Shown piece after piece: positions 1-9,445 of a stretch of DNA of 64,000 nucleotides. The stretch comes from Actinomycetota bacterium (GTDB taxonomy: Bacteria; Actinomycetota; Actinomycetes; S36-B12; UBA5976). The position numbers were made by a program, and so were the translations under genes. How positions within the stretch are numbered: the first letter of the stretch is position 1; every line of letters starts with the position of its first letter. The notes under the pieces are model-generated. The model worked only from the letters and a program-made list of their open reading frames with translations, made no database searches and was not told the DNA's origin. The DNA lies in NCBI GenBank assembly GCA_041192345.1, contig JBEEND010000001.1, positions 87,068-151,067 of the forward strand, written 5' to 3'.

Positions 1-819
1 AGTTTTAGAAACATAGTGCTGGACTACTTGTTCTCTGGTCCAAAATCCAGGACCACTTGTGACTTCCTGTGCCACTGGAATTTGGTTGCGCAATGTGTCG
101 CCCGCTTGGCTCCAGTAAACGAGTGAGATGGCCAAGTCAGAAATAGGGTCGCCAAGAGTGGACATCTCCCAATCCAGAACAGCAATAATCTCGCTAGTTT
201 TAGGATCCAAAATTACGTTATCTATCCGATAATCACCGTGCACAATGGCGGAAGGCAAGTTAGTTGGAAGTTTTGAAATCGCACCTTCAAGCCAAGTATG
301 GAGCTCTTCTATCTCTGCTAATTCCCGAGTTTTAGTTAATTGCCATTGCTCACCCCAGCGCTTAACTTGTCGCTGCAAATAACCCTCAGGACGACCTAGT
401 TGATCCAGTTCGGCTGCTACAGGATCAACGCGATGAAGATTTGCCAGAGTGTCAACTAAGTTTTGCGAAATCTCACTTGCTTGAACATTACTCAACGACA
501 TTGCAGTTTCAGCAGACTCGATAACCCGACCATCAACAAAGTCCATCAACATAAATTTTGAACCGATTATTGTTTCGTCATCGCAGAAACCTTGTGCCTT
601 GGGTGTTGGAAAGGAAACAGAATTTAAGCCAGATAAAACTCGGAACTCTCGGCCCATGTCGTGCGCCGATGGCATGATGTGGCCAAGTGGTGGTCGACGT
701 AACACCCAACTTGAACCGCTAGCATCGGTCAACTTATAGGAAATGTTTGAACGCCCTCCGGCTAACAAAGTTGTTTGCAACTTAGCGCTGTCATCTACTC
801 CAGAAATGTTTGACGACAT
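1..819 (-). CDS. APH-family phosphotransferase (acyl-CoA-dehydrogenase-associated kinase-like protein), 3' end beyond window edge
   Basis: It is absent from the ORF track because it runs off the window. My minus-strand translation from the ATG at 819-817 reads MSSNISGVDDSAKLQTTLLAGGRSNISYKL. Further on it contains IVHGDYRIDNVILD and AVLDWEMSTLGDP, the APH/choline-kinase catalytic and metal-binding motifs. An in-frame stop lies upstream at 844-846. Confidence 0.75.
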   Translation of the reverse strand, partial: MSSNISGVDDSAKLQTTLLAGGRSNISYKLTDASGSSWVLRRPPLGHIMPSAHDMGREFRVLSGLNSVSFPTPKAQGFCDDETIIGSKFMLMDFVDGRVIESAETAMSLSNVQASEISQNLVDTLANLHRVDPVAAELDQLGRPEGYLQRQVKRWGEQWQLTKTRELAEIEELHTWLEGAISKLPTNLPSAIVHGDYRIDNVILDPKTSEIIAVLDWEMSTLGDPISDLAISLVYWSQAGDTLRNQIPVAQEVTSGPGFWTREQVVQHYVSKT

Positions 820-866
820 CCACTGCAATAGCGAATCAAGTGTTAACCCAGTAGGGTCGGTAGGAC

Positions 867-2078
867 TCAAGCCCAGTCCCCAGGCAACTTGCCAGCCTGT
901 GAGTGACGCACGGAACGCCGCGAGATTGACCAGCGATGAACTTCTGAAGGACCATCGTAAATTCGAAACGGTCGGATGTCTCGGAAAATATGTGCAATTG
1001 GAAGTTCACTTGAAGTTCCTTTTGCACCGCATAACTGCATCGAACGGTCAACAATTCTAAATGTTGCCTCGGCAACGAAAGTTTTTGCAATCGATGTCTC
1101 CGCGCGGGCTGGCAAACCTTGGTCAAGAACCCAAGCAGCCCGATGAATCAAAGCGCGGCACGCGGCTATGTCAATTTCATTGTCGGCGATCATCTGTTGC
1201 GCCATACCAAGTGAGGCGAGTTCGGTGCCAAACATTGGTCGTGACGCTGCGTAGTCAACAGCAGATTCGTGTGCCCGACGCGCAGCGCCTAGCCAGCGCA
1301 TGCAATGTGTCAGGCGAGCGGGACCTAGACGAACTTGAGCATTTACAAAACCCTCATCGATCTGGCCAAGCACGGCCTCATCTGAAACTTCACAGTTCGT
1401 AAAGTCCACAACTCCATGCCCACCCGTAAAAGCGCTATCTAAAGTGTCGAGACTGCGAACCACTTTCATTCCAGGATTATCCGCGCCAACTAAGAACATA
1501 GTTGCGCCACCAGACGTCTTTGCCATCACTATTGAAAATGCCGCGCCATCTGCTCCAGTTATGAGCCACTTGTTTCCATTAATAACCCAACCTGAGCCAG
1601 ACTTTTGCGCTGAAGTGGAAAGTAAATTGGGATCTGCGCCAGCACCTGGACTTGGCTCGGTCATTGCAAAGGAAGACCTCACTTCACCTTTAGCCAGGGG
1701 TGCCAGATATTTAGCGCGCTGGGCTGGTGTTGCAATTTTGTTTAACAACAATATGTTGCCTTCATCTGGCGCTGCGCAGTTAAGTGCAGTTGGTCCCAAC
1801 AAACTGCGACCACTTTCTTCCAGGATTACAGCTTGCGCACAATGATTAAATCCATGACCACCAAACTCTTTTGGCGCAGTGGGAGCAAAAACATTTGCTG
1901 CTCGAGCTTTATTCTGCAACGTGATTCGCAAATCTGGATTTATTCCGTGTGAGTCTGGATTTAATTCTGGCTCATGTGGAATAACTTCAGCATTAATGAA
2001 ACTGCGAACGCGCAATGCGAACTCTTTAACTTGTGGGTCTTTATCAAACTCGTAACTCATGTGCGCAATCCATAACAC
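867..2078 (-). CDS. acyl-CoA dehydrogenase family protein
   Basis: 403-aa ORF with the overall ACAD layout. It is paired with an APH-like kinase downstream, a common actinobacterial arrangement. A GGAAAGAG-like RBS lies about 10 nt before the ATG at 2078; MSYEF at 2060 is an alternative start. Confidence 0.8.
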   Translation of the reverse strand: MLWIAHMSYEFDKDPQVKEFALRVRSFINAEVIPHEPELNPDSHGINPDLRITLQNKARAANVFAPTAPKEFGGHGFNHCAQAVILEESGRSLLGPTALNCAAPDEGNILLLNKIATPAQRAKYLAPLAKGEVRSSFAMTEPSPGAGADPNLLSTSAQKSGSGWVINGNKWLITGADGAAFSIVMAKTSGGATMFLVGADNPGMKVVRSLDTLDSAFTGGHGVVDFTNCEVSDEAVLGQIDEGFVNAQVRLGPARLTHCMRWLGAARRAHESAVDYAASRPMFGTELASLGMAQQMIADNEIDIAACRALIHRAAWVLDQGLPARAETSIAKTFVAEATFRIVDRSMQLCGAKGTSSELPIAHIFRDIRPFRIYDGPSEVHRWSISRRSVRHSQAGKLPGDWA

Positions 2079-2153
2079 TAGGTCTCTTTCCCTAGATCTT
2101 ATCTTCAGTTATGCTTAAAGAAATTGCTACTGGCCAGTTAGGGTTGCCTCCAA

Positions 2154-2801
2154 ATGACAGATTCCTCACCAAAAGGATCACTGACTTTTGAAGCGCTTAC
2201 ACGGTTACGCGATGAAATCATTCAGGGGAAAATTCGTCCCAATGAAAGATTGATTGCGGCAGATTTAGCGGAGCGATTAAACACCTCGCGCACGCCAATT
2301 CGAGAAGCCCTGCAATTACTTGAGGCTGAACAGTTGGTAGTTGCAGCAAAGCGTGGATATGTGGTCCGCGAACACACTAAAGAAGAAATTGTTGAGATTT
2401 ATGAAGTCCGCGCTGCCCTTGAGGGAATGGCGGCTCGATTAGCAGCCCAGAAAACTGGCACCAGCGCTTATAAGGAAATTGAAGCAATTGGAGCTCATAG
2501 GGACTCATTAATTGCCTCGAATGATCGCAAACTTATTGTTGATTTGAATGATGAATTCCATGCTGCCATTTTTTCGGCCTGTGGCAATTCCAGACTTGAT
2601 CGAATTAACCGAAGCAATAGTCAGCATTTTTTCAACTATCGAATTTCTGAGTTGTACACCAAAGAAGAAACCAAGATCTCAATTAAAGGTCACGCATTAA
2701 TTCTCAAAGCAATTAAAAATCATGATGGAGATCAAGCAGACTCCGCTGCGCAAGAGCATGTTCGGGAAGCACTGAAAGTAACGCTACTTAAGTTGCGTTA
2801 A
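2154..2801 (+). CDS. GntR family transcriptional regulator (FadR/FCD subfamily)
   Basis: N-terminal winged HTH (RLIAADLAERLNTSRTPIREALQLLEAEQLV) followed by an all-helical FCD-like C-terminal domain. 215 aa. Confidence 0.85.
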   Translation: MTDSSPKGSLTFEALTRLRDEIIQGKIRPNERLIAADLAERLNTSRTPIREALQLLEAEQLVVAAKRGYVVREHTKEEIVEIYEVRAALEGMAARLAAQKTGTSAYKEIEAIGAHRDSLIASNDRKLIVDLNDEFHAAIFSACGNSRLDRINRSNSQHFFNYRISELYTKEETKISIKGHALILKAIKNHDGDQADSAAQEHVREALKVTLLKLR

Positions 2802-2808
2802 AAACGAT

Positions 2809-3558
2809 TTAAGTATTGCCGTTTATAGTTATGCCACCATCAACAACGATGGTTTGGCCAGTTATGTAACTTGAGTCCGCGGACATCAAGAATTTAACTA
2901 CTTTTGCAATTTCACTAGGCTCAGCCAAGCGCTGTTGGGGAATTCGAGCAGTCAGAGCTGCTTCCGATAGCCTGCCGTCTTTAATGCCGCCAGCCACCAT
3001 CTCGGTGCGAGTCCAACCTGGGGCAACTGCGTTCACGCGAATGTCGCGGTTAGCCCATTCCAAACCAAGAGTTCGAGTCAAACCTTCAAGCCCAGCTTTG
3101 GCTGCGGTGTAACCCGCGCGGCCAGCAATCCCAACGCTGCCAGCTATTGAGCCAACATTAACTATTGTGGCGCCAGCAGATTTAACTAAGTCAGAGTAGG
3201 CAGCTTGGCTGCATTTGAAAACGCCACTTAAGTCAGTATCGATTACGGTATTCCAATCGTTCTCGCTTAGGACTTCTGATTCATCGCGAATAATTACGCC
3301 AGCGCAGTTGATTAAGGAATCAAGAGAATCGAACTCAGTTCGCATCTCGGTAAAAACTGCATCTATCGAAGCGCGATCACGCACATCCATGACTTTGCCA
3401 ACTGCTTTTCCAGGCCCTGTTGCTAGTCCTGCAACGGCGCTGGCAATAGCAGTTGCGTCGCGACCGGTAATAACTACATTCCAACCATCGCTGATTAGCT
3501 CTTGGCTAATTGCTAAACCAATTCCTTTAGCGCCACCAGTTATCAGAGCAGTTTTCAC
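2809..3558 (-). CDS. SDR family oxidoreductase
   Basis: TGGAKGIG Rossmann motif, NAAG-like segment and a YTAAK (YxxxK) catalytic motif. GTG start at 3558, only 6 nt after the upstream stop. Confidence 0.85.
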   Translation of the reverse strand: MKTALITGGAKGIGLAISQELISDGWNVVITGRDATAIASAVAGLATGPGKAVGKVMDVRDRASIDAVFTEMRTEFDSLDSLINCAGVIIRDESEVLSENDWNTVIDTDLSGVFKCSQAAYSDLVKSAGATIVNVGSIAGSVGIAGRAGYTAAKAGLEGLTRTLGLEWANRDIRVNAVAPGWTRTEMVAGGIKDGRLSEAALTARIPQQRLAEPSEIAKVVKFLMSADSSYITGQTIVVDGGITINGNT

Positions 3559-3564
3559 AATTAG

Positions 3565-4824
3565 CTACTTGCGGTAACTGCGAACAACAAATGGCTCCAT
3601 AGCGATTTCTGGGGTGCGACCAGCAATGATGTCCACTAGCGCAGCACTTGAACCACTTGCCATAGTCCAACCCATGTGGCCATGACCAGTGTTGTAGTAA
3701 AGATTTTGGTGCTTCTTACCTTTACCAATAATTGGAGGACCATCTGGTGTCATTGGACGCAAGCCAGCAGTCATTCGGCCGCCATCCCAATCAGCAGCAT
3801 CTGGCCAAAGTTCCTTAGCCGTTGAACGAATAGCTGAAAAATCTTCTGGTTTGTGTGACATATCAAAACCGGAAAATTGCGCAGTGGAAGACATCCGCAA
3901 TTGATTACCCATAGGTGACCAAGCAACTAGCGTTTTTTCATCGACGCCGCCAAGTTCTGGCGCAATGGATTTGTCTTTTAGATCAAAAGTCATGGAGAAA
4001 CCCTTGGCTGGATAAACCGGAAGGTCTTGCCCAACAGTGCGAGATAGGAACGGACTCCAAGCTCCCATAGCCAGCACGTAATTGTCTGCGGAAAGAAGTC
4101 CTTGGTCAGTTTGCAGCCCAATAACTCGATCACCATCAGCTACGAATGATTTTGCAGTAACACCAAGCTTGAACTCGACGCCTTTGCTAAGGAGAAGATC
4201 CGTTAGTTTCTGAGTGAATAACTCAGAGTTTCCGCTGCCATCATTAGGTGCATGAATTGCGCCCGCTAGTTCAACCTTTGAGTTTGCAAAAGCAGGGTCA
4301 ACAGCCGCCAGACCCTTCATATCTAATTGCTCAAGTTTTTGACCATTGTCAGTTAGTAATTTCATCTTGCCCATACCAAGTTCAAGTTCAGCAGCGTCTC
4401 GGTAGAGATAAAGCAAACCCTTGTCGACACCTTGGTAGTCAATGCCTTCAGCAAGTGCAATCTCATCTAATTTGGTTTGACTGTAATCACATAAGTGCAT
4501 TTTGGCCAAAGTGTTAATTGCAGCGCGCTCGGAAGTGCACTCTCGCATGAATTGTAAACCCCACCATAAAAAGCGAGGATTCAAAGTTGGTTTAACACGT
4601 ATTGAAGTCTTTTCACCAAGCAATGATTTAAATAGCATTTTTGGAGCAGCTGGTGATGCCCAGGCAAAGCAGTGTCCGGGCGCAATTAGTCCAGCGTTAA
4701 CCGAGGTCGCTTCCGATCCAACTGAGTTTGCCTTATCTACAACAACAACTTCATGACCTTCTTTAGAAAGGTAGTAAGCAGTTGTTACGCCGACGACTCC
4801 GCCACCAACAACGATTGTTTTCAC
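3565..4824 (-). CDS. FAD-dependent oxidoreductase, D-amino-acid dehydrogenase (DadA)-like
   Basis: N-terminus MKTIVVGGGVVGVTTAYYLSKEGHEVVVVDK shows the GxGxxG FAD fold. The 419-aa length and overall pattern are typical of DadA/DAO-family enzymes. Confidence 0.75.
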   Translation of the reverse strand: MKTIVVGGGVVGVTTAYYLSKEGHEVVVVDKANSVGSEATSVNAGLIAPGHCFAWASPAAPKMLFKSLLGEKTSIRVKPTLNPRFLWWGLQFMRECTSERAAINTLAKMHLCDYSQTKLDEIALAEGIDYQGVDKGLLYLYRDAAELELGMGKMKLLTDNGQKLEQLDMKGLAAVDPAFANSKVELAGAIHAPNDGSGNSELFTQKLTDLLLSKGVEFKLGVTAKSFVADGDRVIGLQTDQGLLSADNYVLAMGAWSPFLSRTVGQDLPVYPAKGFSMTFDLKDKSIAPELGGVDEKTLVAWSPMGNQLRMSSTAQFSGFDMSHKPEDFSAIRSTAKELWPDAADWDGGRMTAGLRPMTPDGPPIIGKGKKHQNLYYNTGHGHMGWTMASGSSAALVDIIAGRTPEIAMEPFVVRSYRK

Positions 4825-4869
4825 GCTGACTCCTAAGTTTTTCTACTTGAATCTATGGCTGATTAACCG

Positions 4870-5256
4870 TTATGGCAAGGCTGCAATTGCGGTAACTTCA
4901 ACGACTAGTCCTTCAATTAGTAACCCACATACGACAGTTGCGCGAGCCGGACGGTGATCTCCAAAGATTTCAGCCCAGGCCCTGTTGTATTCCGGCAAGT
5001 GCGCTAAGTCCGTTATGTATACCGAAGTAGATGCGATGTCATTTAAGGTCGCACCTTTTTCTGCAAGGATCACTTTGATTCGTCCTAGGATGTGCTTGGT
5101 CTGCTCATATGGATCATTTGGAGCAACGACGTTTGCCTCTGGATCGAGCGATACCTGTCCGGCTACAAAAACAAAACCATTTGCAACTGCGGCATTTGAG
5201 TAAGGCATGATTGCTGGGCCAAGTGAACTTGGATTGAATGTTTCGACGTTGCTCAT
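4870..5256 (-). CDS. ridA: RidA/YjgF family reactive-intermediate (imine) deaminase
   Basis: 128-aa ORF with a typical YjgF/RidA pattern (FVFVAGQVSLDP, ARATV, LIEGLVVEV). Confidence 0.8.
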   Translation of the reverse strand: MSNVETFNPSSLGPAIMPYSNAAVANGFVFVAGQVSLDPEANVVAPNDPYEQTKHILGRIKVILAEKGATLNDIASTSVYITDLAHLPEYNRAWAEIFGDHRPARATVVCGLLIEGLVVEVTAIAALP

Positions 5257-5284
5257 TATTTTCCTTTTTGTTTCCTAGTTAGAT

Positions 5285-6031
5285 CTAGACGATTCCACTG
5301 TAACTACGTGGAACTGTTGCGTTGTAGACATAGTTAATAAAGTTTGCCCAATCAAAGACGGGTAGGCCCGTGGCTTCTTCGATTGCCTTACTATACGGTG
5401 GCAAGTCGCTGCACTCCAACATAAATGCCCGGATGGCAGGATCACGCTTGATTGCATCTTTAGCAGCCTGGACAGATTCCATTCGCATTTTGTCTTCATC
5501 AAGAGTGCCTAATTCTTTCAAAATTACATCGTTGAAATGGTTGTAGGTTTCCATTCCTTGAATTGTTAATCGTGATGAATCAGTTATCCCTGCATTAGCA
5601 AGCAGGCCATCAGTGAGTGAGGCTGAGTTAGCAGTCAAAATACCAATGTGATGTTTGCTACCTAACATGTTTAACAACATTGGAATTTGCACCAAGCTCG
5701 TTAAGAAAACTGGAATGTTTACTTGACTAGCCACAAACTCTTGAAAGCCAGCCATAAAACCACAGTTGCCAGTTATCGCTCGCACACCTTCAGCTTCAAG
5801 TTTCTTGGCGGCGTCAGCCATAATTTGCGCATAATTTTCACCATTGCCACGCAGCACTTCCGCGCCGGAAACACCCTTCACAGATTCATAACGAACAGGA
5901 AAAGAGAAGGTCCCTGCGTTATTCAAATCACCTGGAATAAAAGGTATGTGCCACTCCGCACACAACATGCCAATTGCGTAACCGTAGGCAACTTGCCCCG
6001 TTCGAGCTTGGTAGATCACGGTGCCTCCCAA
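5285..6031 (-). CDS. Asp/Glu/hydantoin racemase superfamily protein
   Basis: 248 aa with two candidate catalytic Cys contexts (ITGNCGFM and MLECSDLPPY), as in two-base racemases and isomerases. Subfamily not resolved. Confidence 0.55.
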   Translation of the reverse strand: MGGTVIYQARTGQVAYGYAIGMLCAEWHIPFIPGDLNNAGTFSFPVRYESVKGVSGAEVLRGNGENYAQIMADAAKKLEAEGVRAITGNCGFMAGFQEFVASQVNIPVFLTSLVQIPMLLNMLGSKHHIGILTANSASLTDGLLANAGITDSSRLTIQGMETYNHFNDVILKELGTLDEDKMRMESVQAAKDAIKRDPAIRAFMLECSDLPPYSKAIEEATGLPVFDWANFINYVYNATVPRSYSGIV

Positions 6032-6144
6032 AGGCCCTTTTTGAATGCACTATTGCATGCAGTAATCATTCTTTGGCAAAAAAGTGCACAAGTCAAGGCT
6101 TTTACAACTTGCCAATGCTGGTTGGGGCGTGGAATAGTGCACAC

Positions 6145-7230
6145 ATGAGCATCTCTCGCTTCTTGCCAGACTTCGCCCCGATTGCGCCCTTTAGCCGCCT
6201 AAGTGAATCGGGAATTCTGGATTCTGGCTCGGCTCCAATGTCTGATGCTGCGGTAATTGAGGCGCTTCGCTACATGGTTTTAACTCGAGTTTTTGACGAC
6301 AAAGCAACAAGCATGCAACGACAAGGTCGGTTTGGAACTTTCTCTTCCGTTCGGGGGCAGGAAGCTTCTGTTGTCGGCGCAGCGACGGCGCTGGATCCAA
6401 AAAGAGACTGGATCGTTCCGCAGTATCGCGAATTTCCAGCCTTGATTCGTCACGGTTATCCAATGGAAAACTTTGCGCTTTATTTCATGGGCAATCCAAA
6501 AGGTGGAACTATTCCGCCGGAAGTAAATATGTTGCCGATGCAGATTTCTTTAGCTGCTCAAATTCCACAAGCAACTGGATTGGCCTGGGGATTAAAGATG
6601 CAAGGAGGTGAGGGAGTAGTCATTACCTTCTTTGGTGATGGCGCATCATCAGAAGGTGATTTCCACGAAAGTCTAAATCTTGCAGGAATTGTTAAAGCGC
6701 CAGTAATTTTCTTTCTGCAAAACAATGGTTGGGCAATTTCAACTCCGCGCGAATCACAGACTGCCGCACGTTCATTTGCAGAGCGCGCGATTGGTTACGG
6801 CGTTGAAGGCGTAATTGTCGATGGCAATGATTTACTTGCAGTCCACGAAGTTACCGCTAGCGCAGTGGCAAAAGCTCGCGCCGGTGGTGGACCAACATTA
6901 ATTGAATCTGTTACCTATCGAACCGGCGCACACAACACAGCTGATGATCCGTCTAAGTACATCGATCAACAAGAACTTGAGAAGTGGCAACAAAAGGATC
7001 CAGTTGTTCGGATAGAAAATTATCTGCGCAGTAAAGGTATTTGGAATGAAGAGCTTGCCAAGGAGATGCACGATAGCTGCGCCGAACAAGTAGATGCTGC
7101 AATGAATATCGCGCGTAACACCCCGCTTGCAACAAGTGATGCGCTATTTGATCATGTTTACGCCGAGCCACCACAGCGGATGTTGGATCAACAAGCTGAT
7201 TGGGCCAAGCGCAATGGCGGCGTCTTATGA
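6145..7230 (+). CDS. 2-oxoacid dehydrogenase E1 component, alpha subunit (TPP-dependent)
   Basis: TPP-binding motif GDGASSEGDFHESLNLAGIVKAPVIFFLQNNGWAIS. The track ORF starts at 5974, but that extension overlaps the divergent racemase-like gene, so I place the start at the ATG at 6145. Confidence 0.85.
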   Translation: MSISRFLPDFAPIAPFSRLSESGILDSGSAPMSDAAVIEALRYMVLTRVFDDKATSMQRQGRFGTFSSVRGQEASVVGAATALDPKRDWIVPQYREFPALIRHGYPMENFALYFMGNPKGGTIPPEVNMLPMQISLAAQIPQATGLAWGLKMQGGEGVVITFFGDGASSEGDFHESLNLAGIVKAPVIFFLQNNGWAISTPRESQTAARSFAERAIGYGVEGVIVDGNDLLAVHEVTASAVAKARAGGGPTLIESVTYRTGAHNTADDPSKYIDQQELEKWQQKDPVVRIENYLRSKGIWNEELAKEMHDSCAEQVDAAMNIARNTPLATSDALFDHVYAEPPQRMLDQQADWAKRNGGVL

Positions 7231-8210
7231 GCGAAAAAACAATGATTGAAGCAATCCGCGAATGCTTAACGCAAGAAATGCAAGAAGATAGCCGAGTTGT
7301 TGTAATTGGTGAAGATGTTGGCGTTCTTGGTGGCGTATTCCGCGCGACTGATGGACTGCAAGCTAAGTTCGGCAAAGATCGCGTTGTCGACATGCCACTT
7401 GCTGAAGGTGTGATTGTTGGATCAGGAATTGGATTAGCAATTAGTGGACTGCGTCCAGTTATTGAATTGCAGTTCCTTGGCTTTGGTCATCAAGCTTTTC
7501 ATCAAATCGGTCAGCAAGTTGCGCGGCTGCGATATCGATCACAGGGGCGACACTCCTTACCTTTAGTTATTCGCTCACCATTTGGTGGTGGCGTGCGAAC
7601 CCCTGAACTTCACTCTGATGCATTTGAAGCTTTCTACACCCACACCCCAGGCTTGAAAGTAGTTGCACCCGCGACTGCTTATGATGCAAAGGGGTTACTT
7701 GCAGAAGCAATGGCATGTGATGATCCAGTGCTATTTCTGGAACCGCTAAAGGGTTACCGCTTAACAAAAGATGAAGTTCCCGATGAGCGTTACCGAGTCC
7801 CGCTTGGCAAGTTGCGGATCGCGCAAGTTGGTACGGATGTAACTTTGATTGCTTGGTCGGCTGCAGTCAATGTTGCCCAGCGTGCCGCAGATGAATTAGC
7901 AGCCCAAGGCATCAGCGTGGAAGTGCTCGATTTACGTTCGCTTAATCCCTTGGACATACCTGGCATCAAAGAATCCGTAAGTAAAACTGGTCGAGTCGCA
8001 ATCTTGCACGAAGCTCCATTAACTGGGGGATTTGGTAGTGAACTGGTGGCAACTATTCAGCAAGAGTGTTTTTATGATTTGCAGTGCCCAATTATTAGAA
8101 TCTCTTCACCAGATACTCCATACCCACTTGGTGGCGTTGAAGATTTATACATTCCAGATGTTGATCGAGTTGTTTCGGAAGTTGGCGCCTTGGCCAGGAC
8201 CAGCGCATGA
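7227..8210 (+). CDS. 2-oxoacid dehydrogenase E1 component, beta subunit
   Basis: Transketolase-like pyrimidine-binding and C-terminal domains. The ATG at 7227 overlaps the E1-alpha stop (ATGA), which suggests translational coupling. Confidence 0.85.
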   Translation: MSEKTMIEAIRECLTQEMQEDSRVVVIGEDVGVLGGVFRATDGLQAKFGKDRVVDMPLAEGVIVGSGIGLAISGLRPVIELQFLGFGHQAFHQIGQQVARLRYRSQGRHSLPLVIRSPFGGGVRTPELHSDAFEAFYTHTPGLKVVAPATAYDAKGLLAEAMACDDPVLFLEPLKGYRLTKDEVPDERYRVPLGKLRIAQVGTDVTLIAWSAAVNVAQRAADELAAQGISVEVLDLRSLNPLDIPGIKESVSKTGRVAILHEAPLTGGFGSELVATIQQECFYDLQCPIIRISSPDTPYPLGGVEDLYIPDVDRVVSEVGALARTSA

Positions 8211-9439
8211 GCCAGATCGTTGATTACAAACTTGCTGACGTCGGCGAAGGAATCGCTGAAGCAGAAGTAATTGAGTGGCTCGTAGCAGTTGGCGATCTAG
8301 TCAGTGAAGATCAACCAGTAATTGTTGTTGAAACGGATAAGTCTCAAATTGAAATCCCAGCTCCAGTCTCAGGAAAAGTGATCGAACTATGTGTCGTTGC
8401 TGGTGACGTACTTGCTGTTGGATCCTCTCTGATGAAAATTGAAGCAAGTGGTGAAGTTTCCAATGACATTAGTGCGCACGCTTCGCCAGCAACTCCGTCT
8501 CCAATCGCAGTAACGACAAACGATAAATCAGATTCACCATCGACACCCGGCTCGCGTGCGACAAATGTTCGCCCGCTTGCCAGTCCAAGCACGAGGCGAC
8601 TAGCTGCCAGCCTTGGTGTGGTATTGGAGGATGTTTTAGGTTCAGGACCAAACGGTCAGATTACTTTCGAAGATATTCAGGCTGCCAGTGCAACAGCAGA
8701 ACCGACTACATCTCCAAAAGTTACGCCAATCGTTTTCGGACCGGGTGTAACCGTAATTCCACTTCGCGGTTTACGCAGGCAAATTGCTGCCAGCATGTCC
8801 CAGGCGCTAACGATTCCGCACATTTTGGAATTTAAGGAAATAGATGCCACAGCATTACTGGCTTTGCGAAGTGACTTAACGAAAGATTTCGAGGCGCAAG
8901 GACAAAAACTTTCTGTGACGCCTTTCTTAATGCGCGCTTGCGTGCTGGCACTTGCAAAACATAAAACATTTAATGCTCGCTTTGATTCTGAGGCTGCGGA
9001 AATTGCGCAATTTGAAAATGTGAACTTAGGTTTTGCAACTGCAACCGATGATGGGCTAATTGTTCCGGTGATTCAAAATGCCCAGAATCTTTCAGTAAAA
9101 GAACTTGCGCAGGAAACAGATAATTTAGTTGCCTTAGCAAAATCTCGGAAAGCATCGCTAGCGCAACTAAGTGGTGGCACATTTACGCTCACTAATTTTG
9201 GCTCCTTTGGCACTTGGCTCGGAACCCCAATTATTCATGCGCCAGAAGTTGCTATTGCTGGCTTTGGTCGAATCACAGAAAAAGTTTTAGCAGTTGACGG
9301 AATTCCAACAGTGCGGATGGTTTTGCCGATAGTTGTTGCCGCTGATCATCGGGTCAATGATGGCGCACATTTGGGTGCATTTGTTTCTGAAATTGCAGAC
9401 TTATTATTACGTCCACTCTCACTCCTAGAAAATAAGTAG
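8207..9439 (+). CDS. dihydrolipoamide acyltransferase E2 component
   Basis: Lipoyl domain with VETDKSQIEIP (lipoyl-lysine), an Ala/Pro/Ser linker, an E3-binding segment (ASPSTRRLAASLGV) and the catalytic DHRVNDG motif. The start overlaps the E1-beta stop by 4 nt. Confidence 0.9.
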   Translation: MSQIVDYKLADVGEGIAEAEVIEWLVAVGDLVSEDQPVIVVETDKSQIEIPAPVSGKVIELCVVAGDVLAVGSSLMKIEASGEVSNDISAHASPATPSPIAVTTNDKSDSPSTPGSRATNVRPLASPSTRRLAASLGVVLEDVLGSGPNGQITFEDIQAASATAEPTTSPKVTPIVFGPGVTVIPLRGLRRQIAASMSQALTIPHILEFKEIDATALLALRSDLTKDFEAQGQKLSVTPFLMRACVLALAKHKTFNARFDSEAAEIAQFENVNLGFATATDDGLIVPVIQNAQNLSVKELAQETDNLVALAKSRKASLAQLSGGTFTLTNFGSFGTWLGTPIIHAPEVAIAGFGRITEKVLAVDGIPTVRMVLPIVVAADHRVNDGAHLGAFVSEIADLLLRPLSLLENK

Positions 9440-9445
9440 GTAGTC

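Noticed and set aside
743-1402. Plus-strand ORFs 743-1060 and 1061-1402
   Set aside because: They are antisense to the APH-like and acyl-CoA dehydrogenase genes and have no recognisable motifs.
2079-2153. GntR operator candidate CTAGG-N8-CCTAG between the ACAD and gntR genes
   Set aside because: It is a short 5-bp inverted repeat that does not resemble the usual FadR-type GT-N-AC core. It cannot be distinguished from chance.
5974-6144. N-terminal 57-aa extension of the E1-alpha ORF in the track
   Set aside because: It overlaps the 5' end of the divergent racemase-like gene and the shared promoter region. The sequence has no similarity to E1-alpha N-termini. The ATG at 6145 gives a normal-length protein.
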